From Aulosira sp. ZfuVER01 (GTDB lineage: Bacteria; Cyanobacteriota; Cyanobacteriia; Cyanobacteriales; Nostocaceae): 64,000 nt of DNA. This document shows positions 1 through 8,871 of this stretch, piece by piece; position 1 is the first letter of the stretch, and each line of letters opens with the position of its first letter. Both the position numbers and the translations under genes were made by a program. A model generated the notes under the pieces. It worked only from the letters and a program-made list of their open reading frames with translations, did not search any database and had not been told where the DNA came from. Location of the stretch: assembly GCA_034530615.2 (NCBI GenBank), contig JAVRCV020000030.1:8858-72857 (forward strand). Direction: 5' to 3'.

Positions 1-437
1 AACCAGACACGACAATAAGAAGTTTTGAGCGCAGTGGGAGAAAAAGCACAACCCAAAAAAGGTAGAAAGGCTATGGTGCCTAAAATTCCATAAATAGTCA
101 TAGCCCAACGCCAAGAGGTAAAAATTAGTTTTAACGGCCCGCTAGCTTGATACTCTATTTCATCATTTAGATCTACCCAGAACCACAAGGAAACGGGGAT
201 CAAGATGCGACCAATCAATCCAGAGAGAAAACTTACCCCAAACCCACCAATCATCAAGTAAACGGTAATGGCCAGAATACTGGATACTCGCCAATAAATC
301 GTTAATAAGCGTTGTATCCCTTCTACTCTTTGAACAAACGCCCAAATCAGCAGAATTAGGGGAATAATCACCATAAATACCAGTGCCAGTCTGTAGTCAA
401 GCCACACAAACGGGCGAAACCAAACATCATTTTCCAT
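1..437 (-). CDS. DUF3177-family membrane protein (3' end runs off the window)
   Basis: Manually translated open frame from ATG at 437: MENDVWFRPFVWLDYRLALVFMVIIPLILLIWAF...YWRVSSILAITVYL...SLWFWVDLNDEI...WRWA. It matches the conserved cyanobacterial DUF3177 pattern and is missing from the ORF track. Confidence 0.85.
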   Translation of the reverse strand, partial: MENDVWFRPFVWLDYRLALVFMVIIPLILLIWAFVQRVEGIQRLLTIYWRVSSILAITVYLMIGGFGVSFLSGLIGRILIPVSLWFWVDLNDEIEYQASGPLKLIFTSWRWAMTIYGILGTIAFLPFLGCAFSPTALKTSYCRVW

Positions 438-1004
438 AGTTTTTACCAAACTATAAATTAAGCAATCTCACTAAAACGATCCCTAACTGTCATAATTAAC
501 AGTTATTTAGACAGCTAATAGCTGTTACATGATAGCTAACAGTTTAATTAAAACAAACAATTTAGGTACTAGCTCAAGCTAGATATTTTTATACCAATTT
601 ACTTAAATTTCGACTAGACTTGAAATACTTTGTTAGACTAAAAAATATCTCTGCCCCTAATTACAGCATCTAGAGCTACATATCATAGTACTTAGATGTG
701 TAATTAGCAAAAAGAACAAGCAACTTCAGGTTTTTTCACATAATATCTTGCACTAACCTACACCAACTGCAGGGTAAGTTGCAAAACTCACCCTGGTGCT
801 ATATGTAATGTAAACTCCCAATAATCTGTATTCAGACCAAAAATTACTTCTGAATTTCCTCAACCACAGTATAGATGGATGAGTGCCCTCAATCTTAAAA
901 GAAGCTGAGTAAACAGATATGGAAGTGGTGTAAAGGTGCAATATATCAGTAAATCAGTCCTGGTTGCTTGCCCGTTAGACGAAAAAAATTAACCAATTTA
1001 ATTT

Positions 1005-1226
1005 TTAGTCATCGTAAACTCGACACTCAACTGCTTCTGGATTGTCATCACAGTACTTTTCTAAAGAATTTTTTGGTTTACTTTGACGCTGATGGGAGGC
1101 TTCAGCTTGCAATTCTTCAACTGCATCCCAAGCCGCTGCACATTCAGCAGAGTTGCTACCTGAAATGTCACAGACAGCACGAGCTTGTTCAACTTCTTCT
1201 TGGATTTTTTCTTGGATGTCGCTCAT
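1005..1226 (-). CDS. cp12: Calvin cycle regulatory protein CP12
   Basis: AWDAVEEL core, N-terminal Cys pair (CDISGSNSAEC) and C-terminal Cys pair (YCDDNPEAVECRVYDD). Confidence 0.97.
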   Translation of the reverse strand: MSDIQEKIQEEVEQARAVCDISGSNSAECAAAWDAVEELQAEASHQRQSKPKNSLEKYCDDNPEAVECRVYDD

Positions 1227-1598
1227 AGATTTAGTCTCGTTGTGTGGTGTTAATACCAGTATAGAAAAATATCAAAAATGACGGTTTTTTGTCCTATCGT
1301 TCACCATTCTAACCACTGAGCTGTTAAGTTAGTGTTTTAGTCTAGTGATCCATAACTAATACAATAAACGATGGCACATATACTACATTTATATTTATCT
1401 TTTAAGATTTTGTAGAGTCAGTAGTACGAAAGTATAATCATACAATAGATTTAATAAATCTAGTAACCCTAGCTTCCTGGGATGGTCAGACCACTGAAGT
1501 GAGAGAAATTGAGTTGGCATCAACTCTTGTCGGATGCAATTCTACCCAGGAATAAAAGTCAAAAGAACAGCCCAACGAGAGAAAAAAGCCTAAAACTC

Positions 1599-2831
1599 AT
1601 GGCAGATCGAATGCAGTGGACAAATGCCCTGTCAACCCGTCCTTCGTTAGAAGCAGCTATTACAGATGTGGTAGAAAGGGCTGTCTCATCGTTAAACGTA
1701 CCAGCAGATCTAGGGCTGGTATTCATTTCTTCTGCTTTTGCGAGCGAGTATTCGCGGCTTTTGCCTTTGCTGGCTGAGAAACTTTCAGTCCCGGTGTTAA
1801 TTGGCTGTAGCGGTGGCGGTGTAATTGGTACTACAACCGAGGGACAAACCCAAGAACTGGAAGCAGAAGCAGCTCTTAGTCTGACTTTGGCACATTTGCC
1901 TGGGGTAGATCTCCAAGTCTTTCATGTTGTTGCTGAAGAATTGCCTGACTTGGATAGCTCTCCAGATGCTTGGATTGACTTGATTGGTGTACCACCATCA
2001 TCAAAACCCCAGTTTATTTTGCTAGGTGGTACCTTTTCATCTGGAATCAACGATCTATTGCAGGGGCTAGATTTTGCTTATCCCGGATCGGTAACAGTGG
2101 GAGGACAGGCTAGCGCTGGCGGGATGAGTGGTCGCATGGCTCTATTTTGTAACGATCGCCTGTATCGAGAAGGGACAGTAGGATTGGCTTTGAGTGGCAA
2201 TATTGTGCTAGAAACAATCGTCGCTCAAGGATGCCGCCCAATTGGTGAGCCACTGCAAGTGACGAAAGCTGAACGCAATATCATTTTGGAACTCGATGAG
2301 CAAGTACCCTTAGTAGTATTGCGCGAATTAATTGCCAATCTCAGCGAAAAAGAGCGAATACTAGCACAACATTCTTTGTTTGTTGGGGTAGCAATGGATG
2401 AGTTTAAGACTTCTTTGCACCAGGGAGATTTTTTAATTCGCGGTATCTTGGGTGTAGATCCTTCAGCCGGTGCGATCGCAATTGGCGATCGCGTGCGTCC
2501 TGGTCAACGTCTCCAATTCCATCTCCGTGATGCCGAAGCATCCGCAGAAGATTTAGAATTTCTCCTCCAGCAGTATCAAAACCAAAGCGCTGCTGAAGGT
2601 GCTGCCGCAGCTGCTTTAATGTTTTCCTGTGTGGGTCGTGGTGAAGGACTCTACGGCAAACCCAATTTCGATTCTGAGCTATTTAGACGCTACATCAAAG
2701 ATATTCCTGTAGGTGGTTTTTTCTGTAACGGCGAAATCGGCCCTGTAGGTGGCAGTACTTTTTTACATGGTTACACCTCAGTATTTGGAATTTGCCGAGC
2801 CTTAGATCTGGAAGATGAGAAGGTAGGGTAA
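1599..2831 (+). CDS. FIST N/C-domain (NosP-like) sensory protein
   Basis: LIGCSGGG, VAQGCRPIG, FSCVGRG, GFFCNGEIGP and LHGYTS motifs. The ATG at 1599 is preferred over the track's TTG at 1509. Confidence 0.9.
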   Translation: MADRMQWTNALSTRPSLEAAITDVVERAVSSLNVPADLGLVFISSAFASEYSRLLPLLAEKLSVPVLIGCSGGGVIGTTTEGQTQELEAEAALSLTLAHLPGVDLQVFHVVAEELPDLDSSPDAWIDLIGVPPSSKPQFILLGGTFSSGINDLLQGLDFAYPGSVTVGGQASAGGMSGRMALFCNDRLYREGTVGLALSGNIVLETIVAQGCRPIGEPLQVTKAERNIILELDEQVPLVVLRELIANLSEKERILAQHSLFVGVAMDEFKTSLHQGDFLIRGILGVDPSAGAIAIGDRVRPGQRLQFHLRDAEASAEDLEFLLQQYQNQSAAEGAAAAALMFSCVGRGEGLYGKPNFDSELFRRYIKDIPVGGFFCNGEIGPVGGSTFLHGYTSVFGICRALDLEDEKVG

Positions 2832-2893
2832 TGGGCATTGGGCAAGAAGGCAATTGCTAAGAGTCAAGAGTTATTTCTCCCTCATCTCCCTCA

Positions 2894-4006
2894 TCACTCT
2901 GTCTTCTCCAGCAGAATAGTACTGTTGTTATCAATGAGAGTCGGAGTTCCACCTGTGGCGATCGCACTATATTTTTGAATGTAGCGGCGCACTTTGTGGG
3001 GAAACTGGGGGAAGTCTAATAAAGCATCACCATCGGCAATGGTTGCCCAGAAATCGCGCAAACTAGGAGCTAGTTCTTCTGCTTGGTCAGTTGGTAGGTT
3101 TAAAGGGGGTAGAGTTAGCAACTTCATCAAGAAGGGGAAAGAGCGATCGCCCATCCATTGCCTAGATAACTGTTGTAAATTGGGAAAATCAGGTACTGAC
3201 CTTACACGATGTGATAAAATTTGCAACCATTGTCTGCCGTAGTTATCGCGATGGTACTCTAAAACTCGGTAAGGGTGGGGATAACTGACCAAAGAACCAG
3301 TGGTAATATCGTATACCCCATCTGAACAGGCCACATCCTGAACGTGCAAATGCCCCGTAAATACTAAATTAACTCCGTAGCGCCGTAGCAACGTTACTAG
3401 TTCCCGCGCATTTTCCAACATATAGCGATTTGCCATTGGATGGCAGGATTGATTGGGCAGATGTTCCACAACATTGTGATGCACCATGACTAACACCAAT
3501 TCATTTGTGGCTGCTGCTAGCACCTGTTCTAACCACCTTAATTGTTCGCTATCCAAACGCCCTATTTGCTGACCTTGGTCATTAAAAGAGTTGGAATTTA
3601 GCCCAATCAGTCGGACTCCAGGCATTAACTGACTGGTGTAGTAAAGTTGCTGTGGATTTTCATAACCAAACTTGCGGTAATAGCCAGGAAAATCAGCAAA
3701 AGCAATAGATTGCCGATCTGCCATCAGTACAGGAACGTCATGATTACCAGGGACAACATACACGGGAAAAGGTAACTTCGCTAAACGTTGTTGTAACCAA
3801 GTGTGGTTATCTGGTTCACCGTGTTGAGTTAAGTCTCCTGGGATTAATAGAAAATCTAAATCGAGTTGTGTTAAATGTTCTAATACACTTTCAAAAGCTG
3901 GAATGCTGACCTCCACCAAATGAAATCGGCTGGGATGATCCCAGATTGTGTGGGGAAGTGCGATGTGTAAATCGCTAACTATGGCAAAACGAAAATTTAG
4001 AGCCAT
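2894..4006 (-). CDS. Calcineurin-like metallophosphoesterase
   Basis: SDLH, GDLT, PGNHD, HH and FTGHLH metal-binding motifs. Start placed at ATG 4006. Confidence 0.92.
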   Translation of the reverse strand: MALNFRFAIVSDLHIALPHTIWDHPSRFHLVEVSIPAFESVLEHLTQLDLDFLLIPGDLTQHGEPDNHTWLQQRLAKLPFPVYVVPGNHDVPVLMADRQSIAFADFPGYYRKFGYENPQQLYYTSQLMPGVRLIGLNSNSFNDQGQQIGRLDSEQLRWLEQVLAAATNELVLVMVHHNVVEHLPNQSCHPMANRYMLENARELVTLLRRYGVNLVFTGHLHVQDVACSDGVYDITTGSLVSYPHPYRVLEYHRDNYGRQWLQILSHRVRSVPDFPNLQQLSRQWMGDRSFPFLMKLLTLPPLNLPTDQAEELAPSLRDFWATIADGDALLDFPQFPHKVRRYIQKYSAIATGGTPTLIDNNSTILLEKTE

Positions 4007-4529
4007 TGATTTCAGGATACTTTTAAAAGTAGGGTTAAAACAAGTCTTTTCCAAAAAGTATAACCCTTGCTTTGTAACCCTGTGTAGGATTGCTTATGCT
4101 TAACATTCGTACATATTAAATCTAGATTAAAAATCTAGCAGCTATGCTGTTCGACCTAACCGGGTTGCCTAGAGAGTTTTTGTATAGTAGGCAGAAGTAG
4201 AAAATAGTGCATGGATGTCTATGATAAGAATCAGCATCATCGGTAATTATTTACTGGCATCTATATTGAGCATTAGTTATTAATAATTAACTAGAATTTT
4301 GCTGAAATTATCTTAAATTCAATGCTATTCATTAGCTTTAATTTATAAAACCAAAAAATCATCATTGTTCAAAATATTAATAATATCGTCCTTCCAAATA
4401 ATCCAGCTATGCAAAACTATAAGAAAATTTTTTAGAGACTTTATATTTATCTTTATTTTGAATTAGGATTTAAGTTAATATATTAATTACGATTGCTATT
4501 TAATATTTTCACGTCAAGGAGAGTCTATT

Positions 4530-5186
4530 TTGGCTGCTGTGCGAGTACGTCAACACGTTAATCCGCTTGCTCAAAAGTATCAAACACCAGTGAGTTCCCT
4601 TGATTGGGATAAATTGTATGCTCAACCTTACCAACCACTACATCTAGATATTGGTTGCGCTAGGGGACGGTTTTTGTTGAATATGGCAACGATAGAAGCA
4701 AACTGGAATTTTCTGGGTTTGGAAATTCGAGAACCCCTTGTAGTTGAGGCAAATCATTTATGTTCGGAATTGGGTTTAACAAACCTCCACTATTTATTTT
4801 GTAATGTAAATAGATCGTTGAAAACACTATTATCTTCTCTACCCACAGGTACTTTACAACGAGTCACAATTCAATTTCCCGATCCTTGGTTTAAAACCCG
4901 CCATGCTAAACGGCGAATAGTGCAACCAGAATTAGTGTCAGACTTAGCAAAGTATCTTGCGGTTGGTGGTGTTGTATTTTTGCAATCAGATATAGAATTT
5001 TTAGCAGTAGAAATGCGCGATATCTTTGCTCATAATTCAACCTTTCAGAAACTTAGTGCAGAAGAATGGCTGACGGTAAACCCGCTACCTGTCTCTACAG
5101 AAAGAGAAATAGCTACTCAGAATAAGGGTGAACCAATTTATCGTACTTTATTTATTAAAAGAGAAGTGGTAAAAGAAAACTTTTAA
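4530..5186 (+). CDS. trmB: tRNA (guanine-N7)-methyltransferase
   Basis: RVRQHVNPL, LDIGCARG, LEIR, QFPDPWFKTRHAKRR and TERE motifs. TTG start behind an AAGGAG Shine-Dalgarno. Confidence 0.96.
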   Translation: MAAVRVRQHVNPLAQKYQTPVSSLDWDKLYAQPYQPLHLDIGCARGRFLLNMATIEANWNFLGLEIREPLVVEANHLCSELGLTNLHYLFCNVNRSLKTLLSSLPTGTLQRVTIQFPDPWFKTRHAKRRIVQPELVSDLAKYLAVGGVVFLQSDIEFLAVEMRDIFAHNSTFQKLSAEEWLTVNPLPVSTEREIATQNKGEPIYRTLFIKREVVKENF

Positions 5187-5229
5187 GTTCATACCTAAGA
5201 CTAAATCCAGAGATTGGCTCATCAGTTGG

Positions 5230-5268
5230 CAATAGTCAGTAGTCAGTTTTTTTTGCTACTGACTATTG
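5230..5268 (+). terminator. Hairpin downstream of trmB (possible terminator)
   Basis: 13-bp perfect inverted repeat CAATAGTCAGTAG / CTACTGACTATTG. Confidence 0.5.
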
Positions 5269-5728
5269 AGATTGTTAGCGATAAAACTGAGCAAAATGCT
5301 TAACGAAGAAAGGTAGAAGGCAAGAAGCAGGATGAAGAACAGATATTTTTGCCATCTATTAAACGGGTTTAAAGACACTATTATATTTATTTACGAAAAA
5401 AATCCTCTAATTTTTTTCGAGATGTAAAGCGAAGGAAGCCGCTTAGGCAAGTTTCCTGAGTTGGGTAGACTGCCGAATTTTGAATTAGTATTACTTGTCT
5501 ATCATGGAATTGAGAACCTCAAAATAGAAGATTTTAAATTTGTGTCAGTGATATAGTAGCTGAACGCTGAAGCTGCTTTATATTTACTTCATAAATTAGC
5601 TAGTAATTGCAAGGATGTTTTAAAGTCTAGGTGAATTTAGCTTGATATTACTTAAGTGTATGCATAAATATGGAAGGTAATTGCTTAGGAAAGCAGCTAA
5701 ATACCATAAATTAGAATATTAAAGAGCA

Positions 5729-8392
5729 ATGGTAATCCAGGGGTTAGAAAATAAAGTAGATTCAATTATTGCGAGTTCTATTGGTAATTCCAACAATTGG
5801 ACAATTGAGCAATTAATTATCGATGCTGTCAGACAAAATCCGGGAGCTACAGCGATCGCATCTCCTGGCCGCCCTACTCTGACATATACTCGCCTTTATG
5901 ACCACATCCACAATGTTATTACCACCTTAAATGCCAAAGGCTTAGGTTTGGGCGATCGCATTGCGATTGTTCTGCCTAATGGCCCAGAAATGGCAGTTAC
6001 CTTTTTAGCGGTAGCTATTGCTGCTACTAGTGCGCCTCTCAACCCGGCTTATAGCGCAGGGGAATTTGACTTTTATTTAGGAGATTTGAATGCAAAAGCA
6101 CTGATTGTACAATCAGGAATCGATTCTCCAGCCAGACAAGTTGCAGCAGCGCGTAATATCCCAGTTATTGAATTAGTACCACAGTTGGCAGCAGAGGCAG
6201 GAATCTTTGAGCTAGTAGGTGAAACTCATTTATCTCCAGTAGAGCGCACTAGTAATAATAACGAGGATATCGCCCTGGTATTGCATACATCAGGAACCAC
6301 TGCCAGACCCAAAATTGTGCCTCTGACACAGGCTAATTTGTATGCATCAGCCCAAAACATTCAAAAGGCACTTGCATTACAGCCAGGCGATCGCTGCTTG
6401 AATGTTATGCCCCTATTTCATATTCATGGGCTAAGTACAGTATTTTCTTCCCTAGCGGCGGGAGGTAGTGTAGTCTGTACTCCTAACTTTGATCCAGTCA
6501 AGTTTTTCGAGTGGATCAAACAGTTCCACCCCAGTTGGTACACAGCTGTACCAACTATTCATCAGGCGATTTTAGCAGAGGTGGAAGCTCACCGCAGTAC
6601 CGTCAAGCAATACCCACTGCGTTTTATTCGCTCTGCGTCCTCAGCACTACCGCCGCAGGTGATGCAGGCGTTAGAACAAGCGTTTAACGTGCCAGTAATT
6701 GAAGCCTACGGCATGACAGAAGCTGCTCCTCAAATTACCTCTAATCCTCTACCACCACAAAAGCGGAAATTATATTCAGCAGGTCTTGCTGCCGGTCCAG
6801 AAGTGGGGATTATGGATGAAGTCGGAAATCTGCTGGCAAATGGTGAACCTGGAGAAGTTGTCATCCGGGGTAGCAATGTCATGCTTGGTTATGAAAACAA
6901 TCCCACAGCTAACTCAAATGCCTTTACTAATGGATGGTTTAGAACTGGAGACCAAGGCTATTTAGATAAAGAAGGTTACTTATTCATTACAGGTAGGCTG
7001 AAAGAACAAATTAATCGCGGTGGTGAGAAAATTTCCCCTAGGGAAGTAGATGAAGTATTATTAGACCACCCGGCGATCGCTCAAGCAGTAGCCTTTGCCG
7101 TGCCCCATCCTACCCTCGGTGAAGATGTGGCAGCAGCAATAGTCTTGCGATCAAATACTACTGTTACCGATCGAGAAATTCGAGAATTTGTTGCCACTAG
7201 ATTGGCTGAATTCAAAGTACCAAATCAAATAGTATTTGTCGCTGAAATTCCTAAAGGTTCTACAGGGAAACTCCAGCGCATTGGTTTGGCACAAAAGCTC
7301 AAAGAGCAATTGCAAGCGAATTTTGTTGCACCCAGAACTGAGCTAGAAAAAGTACTGGCTCTAATTTGGGCTGAGGTTCTGAATATAGAGCAGGTAGGAA
7401 TTTATGATAATTTCTTTGCTTTAGGTGGTGACTCGTTGCTGGCACTACGTCTGTTCAACAAAATTGAGCAGCAATTAGGCTATAGCCTACCTATGTCTAC
7501 CTTGATGCAAGCATCAACAATTGAGCAACTAGTAAATATTATTAGCGATGCAGAATCTTCAAATACTTGGTCTCCCTTGGTAGCAATTCAGCCACAAGGT
7601 TCTCGACCACCGCTATTTTTGGTTCATGCAGTTTGGGGTAATGTCCTGTTCTATCGGGATTTGGTGCGTTATTTGCACGCAGATCAACCAGTTTATGGTC
7701 TGCAAGCCAAAGGAATTGATGCTAAACAAGTACCTTTCACTTCCTTGAATGAAATGGCCGCTTATTACATTCAAGAAATCCGTAAGGTTCAACCCAAGGG
7801 CCCCTATTATATTGGTGGCTATTCCTTTGGCGGCATCATAGCTTTTGAAATTGCCCAACAACTCCAAGCGCAGAGCGAAAAAATTGGTTTGCTCTCAATA
7901 TTTGATGTCTCATCTCCAGGTTATGCTAAACCGATTCCCAACTCAGGTAATAGCAGATTTTTCCATTTGCAAAAACTATTGAGTTTGAACATCAAAGACC
8001 AGCTAACTTATGTCTGGGAGAGGGTATTTTGGCATTTGCAAATTGGCAAGGCTAGCGCATTTTATCGATTTTACCTGCGCTATATTAAACGCTCACTACC
8101 AGATCTGCGGCTATTGCAAGTAGCTTTGGCGAATAATAAAGCGGGTAAGAGCTATGTACCGTCAATTTATCCCGGTCAAGTAACTTTGTTCCGCGCTAGT
8201 CAGCAAAATGTCGGCTTAGATGTTGACTTGAAATTAGGCTGGGGTAAGCTAGCGGCGGGTGGGGTGGAACTCCATCATGTTCCTGGCGCTCATGCTTCCT
8301 TGATTCAAGAACCTAACGTACAGGTGCTAGCGGAAAAATTCCAAGTTTGTTTGGATAAAGCACAAGCAGATTTGCTAGAGTCTAGCCGCTAA
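5729..8392 (+). CDS. NRPS-like A-T-TE protein, copy 1 (A domain similar to oxalate-CoA ligase)
   Basis: A domain: LHTSGTTARPK, PLFHIHGL, FIRSASSAL, YGMTEA, FRTGDQG, PKGSTGKLQR. Carrier domain: FFALGGDSLLA. Thioesterase: GYSFGG and PGAH. No condensation domain. Confidence 0.9.
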   Translation: MVIQGLENKVDSIIASSIGNSNNWTIEQLIIDAVRQNPGATAIASPGRPTLTYTRLYDHIHNVITTLNAKGLGLGDRIAIVLPNGPEMAVTFLAVAIAATSAPLNPAYSAGEFDFYLGDLNAKALIVQSGIDSPARQVAAARNIPVIELVPQLAAEAGIFELVGETHLSPVERTSNNNEDIALVLHTSGTTARPKIVPLTQANLYASAQNIQKALALQPGDRCLNVMPLFHIHGLSTVFSSLAAGGSVVCTPNFDPVKFFEWIKQFHPSWYTAVPTIHQAILAEVEAHRSTVKQYPLRFIRSASSALPPQVMQALEQAFNVPVIEAYGMTEAAPQITSNPLPPQKRKLYSAGLAAGPEVGIMDEVGNLLANGEPGEVVIRGSNVMLGYENNPTANSNAFTNGWFRTGDQGYLDKEGYLFITGRLKEQINRGGEKISPREVDEVLLDHPAIAQAVAFAVPHPTLGEDVAAAIVLRSNTTVTDREIREFVATRLAEFKVPNQIVFVAEIPKGSTGKLQRIGLAQKLKEQLQANFVAPRTELEKVLALIWAEVLNIEQVGIYDNFFALGGDSLLALRLFNKIEQQLGYSLPMSTLMQASTIEQLVNIISDAESSNTWSPLVAIQPQGSRPPLFLVHAVWGNVLFYRDLVRYLHADQPVYGLQAKGIDAKQVPFTSLNEMAAYYIQEIRKVQPKGPYYIGGYSFGGIIAFEIAQQLQAQSEKIGLLSIFDVSSPGYAKPIPNSGNSRFFHLQKLLSLNIKDQLTYVWERVFWHLQIGKASAFYRFYLRYIKRSLPDLRLLQVALANNKAGKSYVPSIYPGQVTLFRASQQNVGLDVDLKLGWGKLAAGGVELHHVPGAHASLIQEPNVQVLAEKFQVCLDKAQADLLESSR

Positions 8393-8443
8393 ATCAGCAA
8401 CGCTAGAAGCACAATACATTGTTAATAATTCAAAATTCAAAAC

Positions 8444-8478
8444 AGTCTCGGTTAGGGATTTAAACCTCAACTGAGACT
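8444..8478 (+). terminator. Hairpin downstream of NRPS-like copy 1
   Basis: AGTCTCGGTT...AACTGAGACT stem (one G-U pair). Confidence 0.4.
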
Positions 8479-8871
8479 ATTTGTAGATTTAGGGATCTGA
8501 AACTTTCTCTTGTAATGTGCGTTTTATAGCTATTTCTGTCCCTACAAGTTTTTCTCTTATTACTAAATTTTAGATGATCGTTAACTGGATATTTTTCTCT
8601 CATCAAAGTAAGAAATGGATAGGAAAAATTCCATTAATAGAAGGCTTTGGCTATTTTTTTGTTAACTACACATATCAATTACTAGCGATTTTAGCAAGCC
8701 CTTGAGATGGCATTTCTTTATAATTACTTTATAAATTACGTAATAATGATATTGATGTATTGAAGGCTTGATGAAGAGGAAAAATTATACTGTAAGTGGC
8801 TGTATATCTATTAATAGCTTTTTTCGAGAAAGCTATTAATAGCTATAGGAATTTAAGTACATTAAAGACAA

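Noticed and set aside
163..345. 60-aa minus-strand ORF in the track
   Set aside because: It is an alternative frame inside the DUF3177 gene (1-437).
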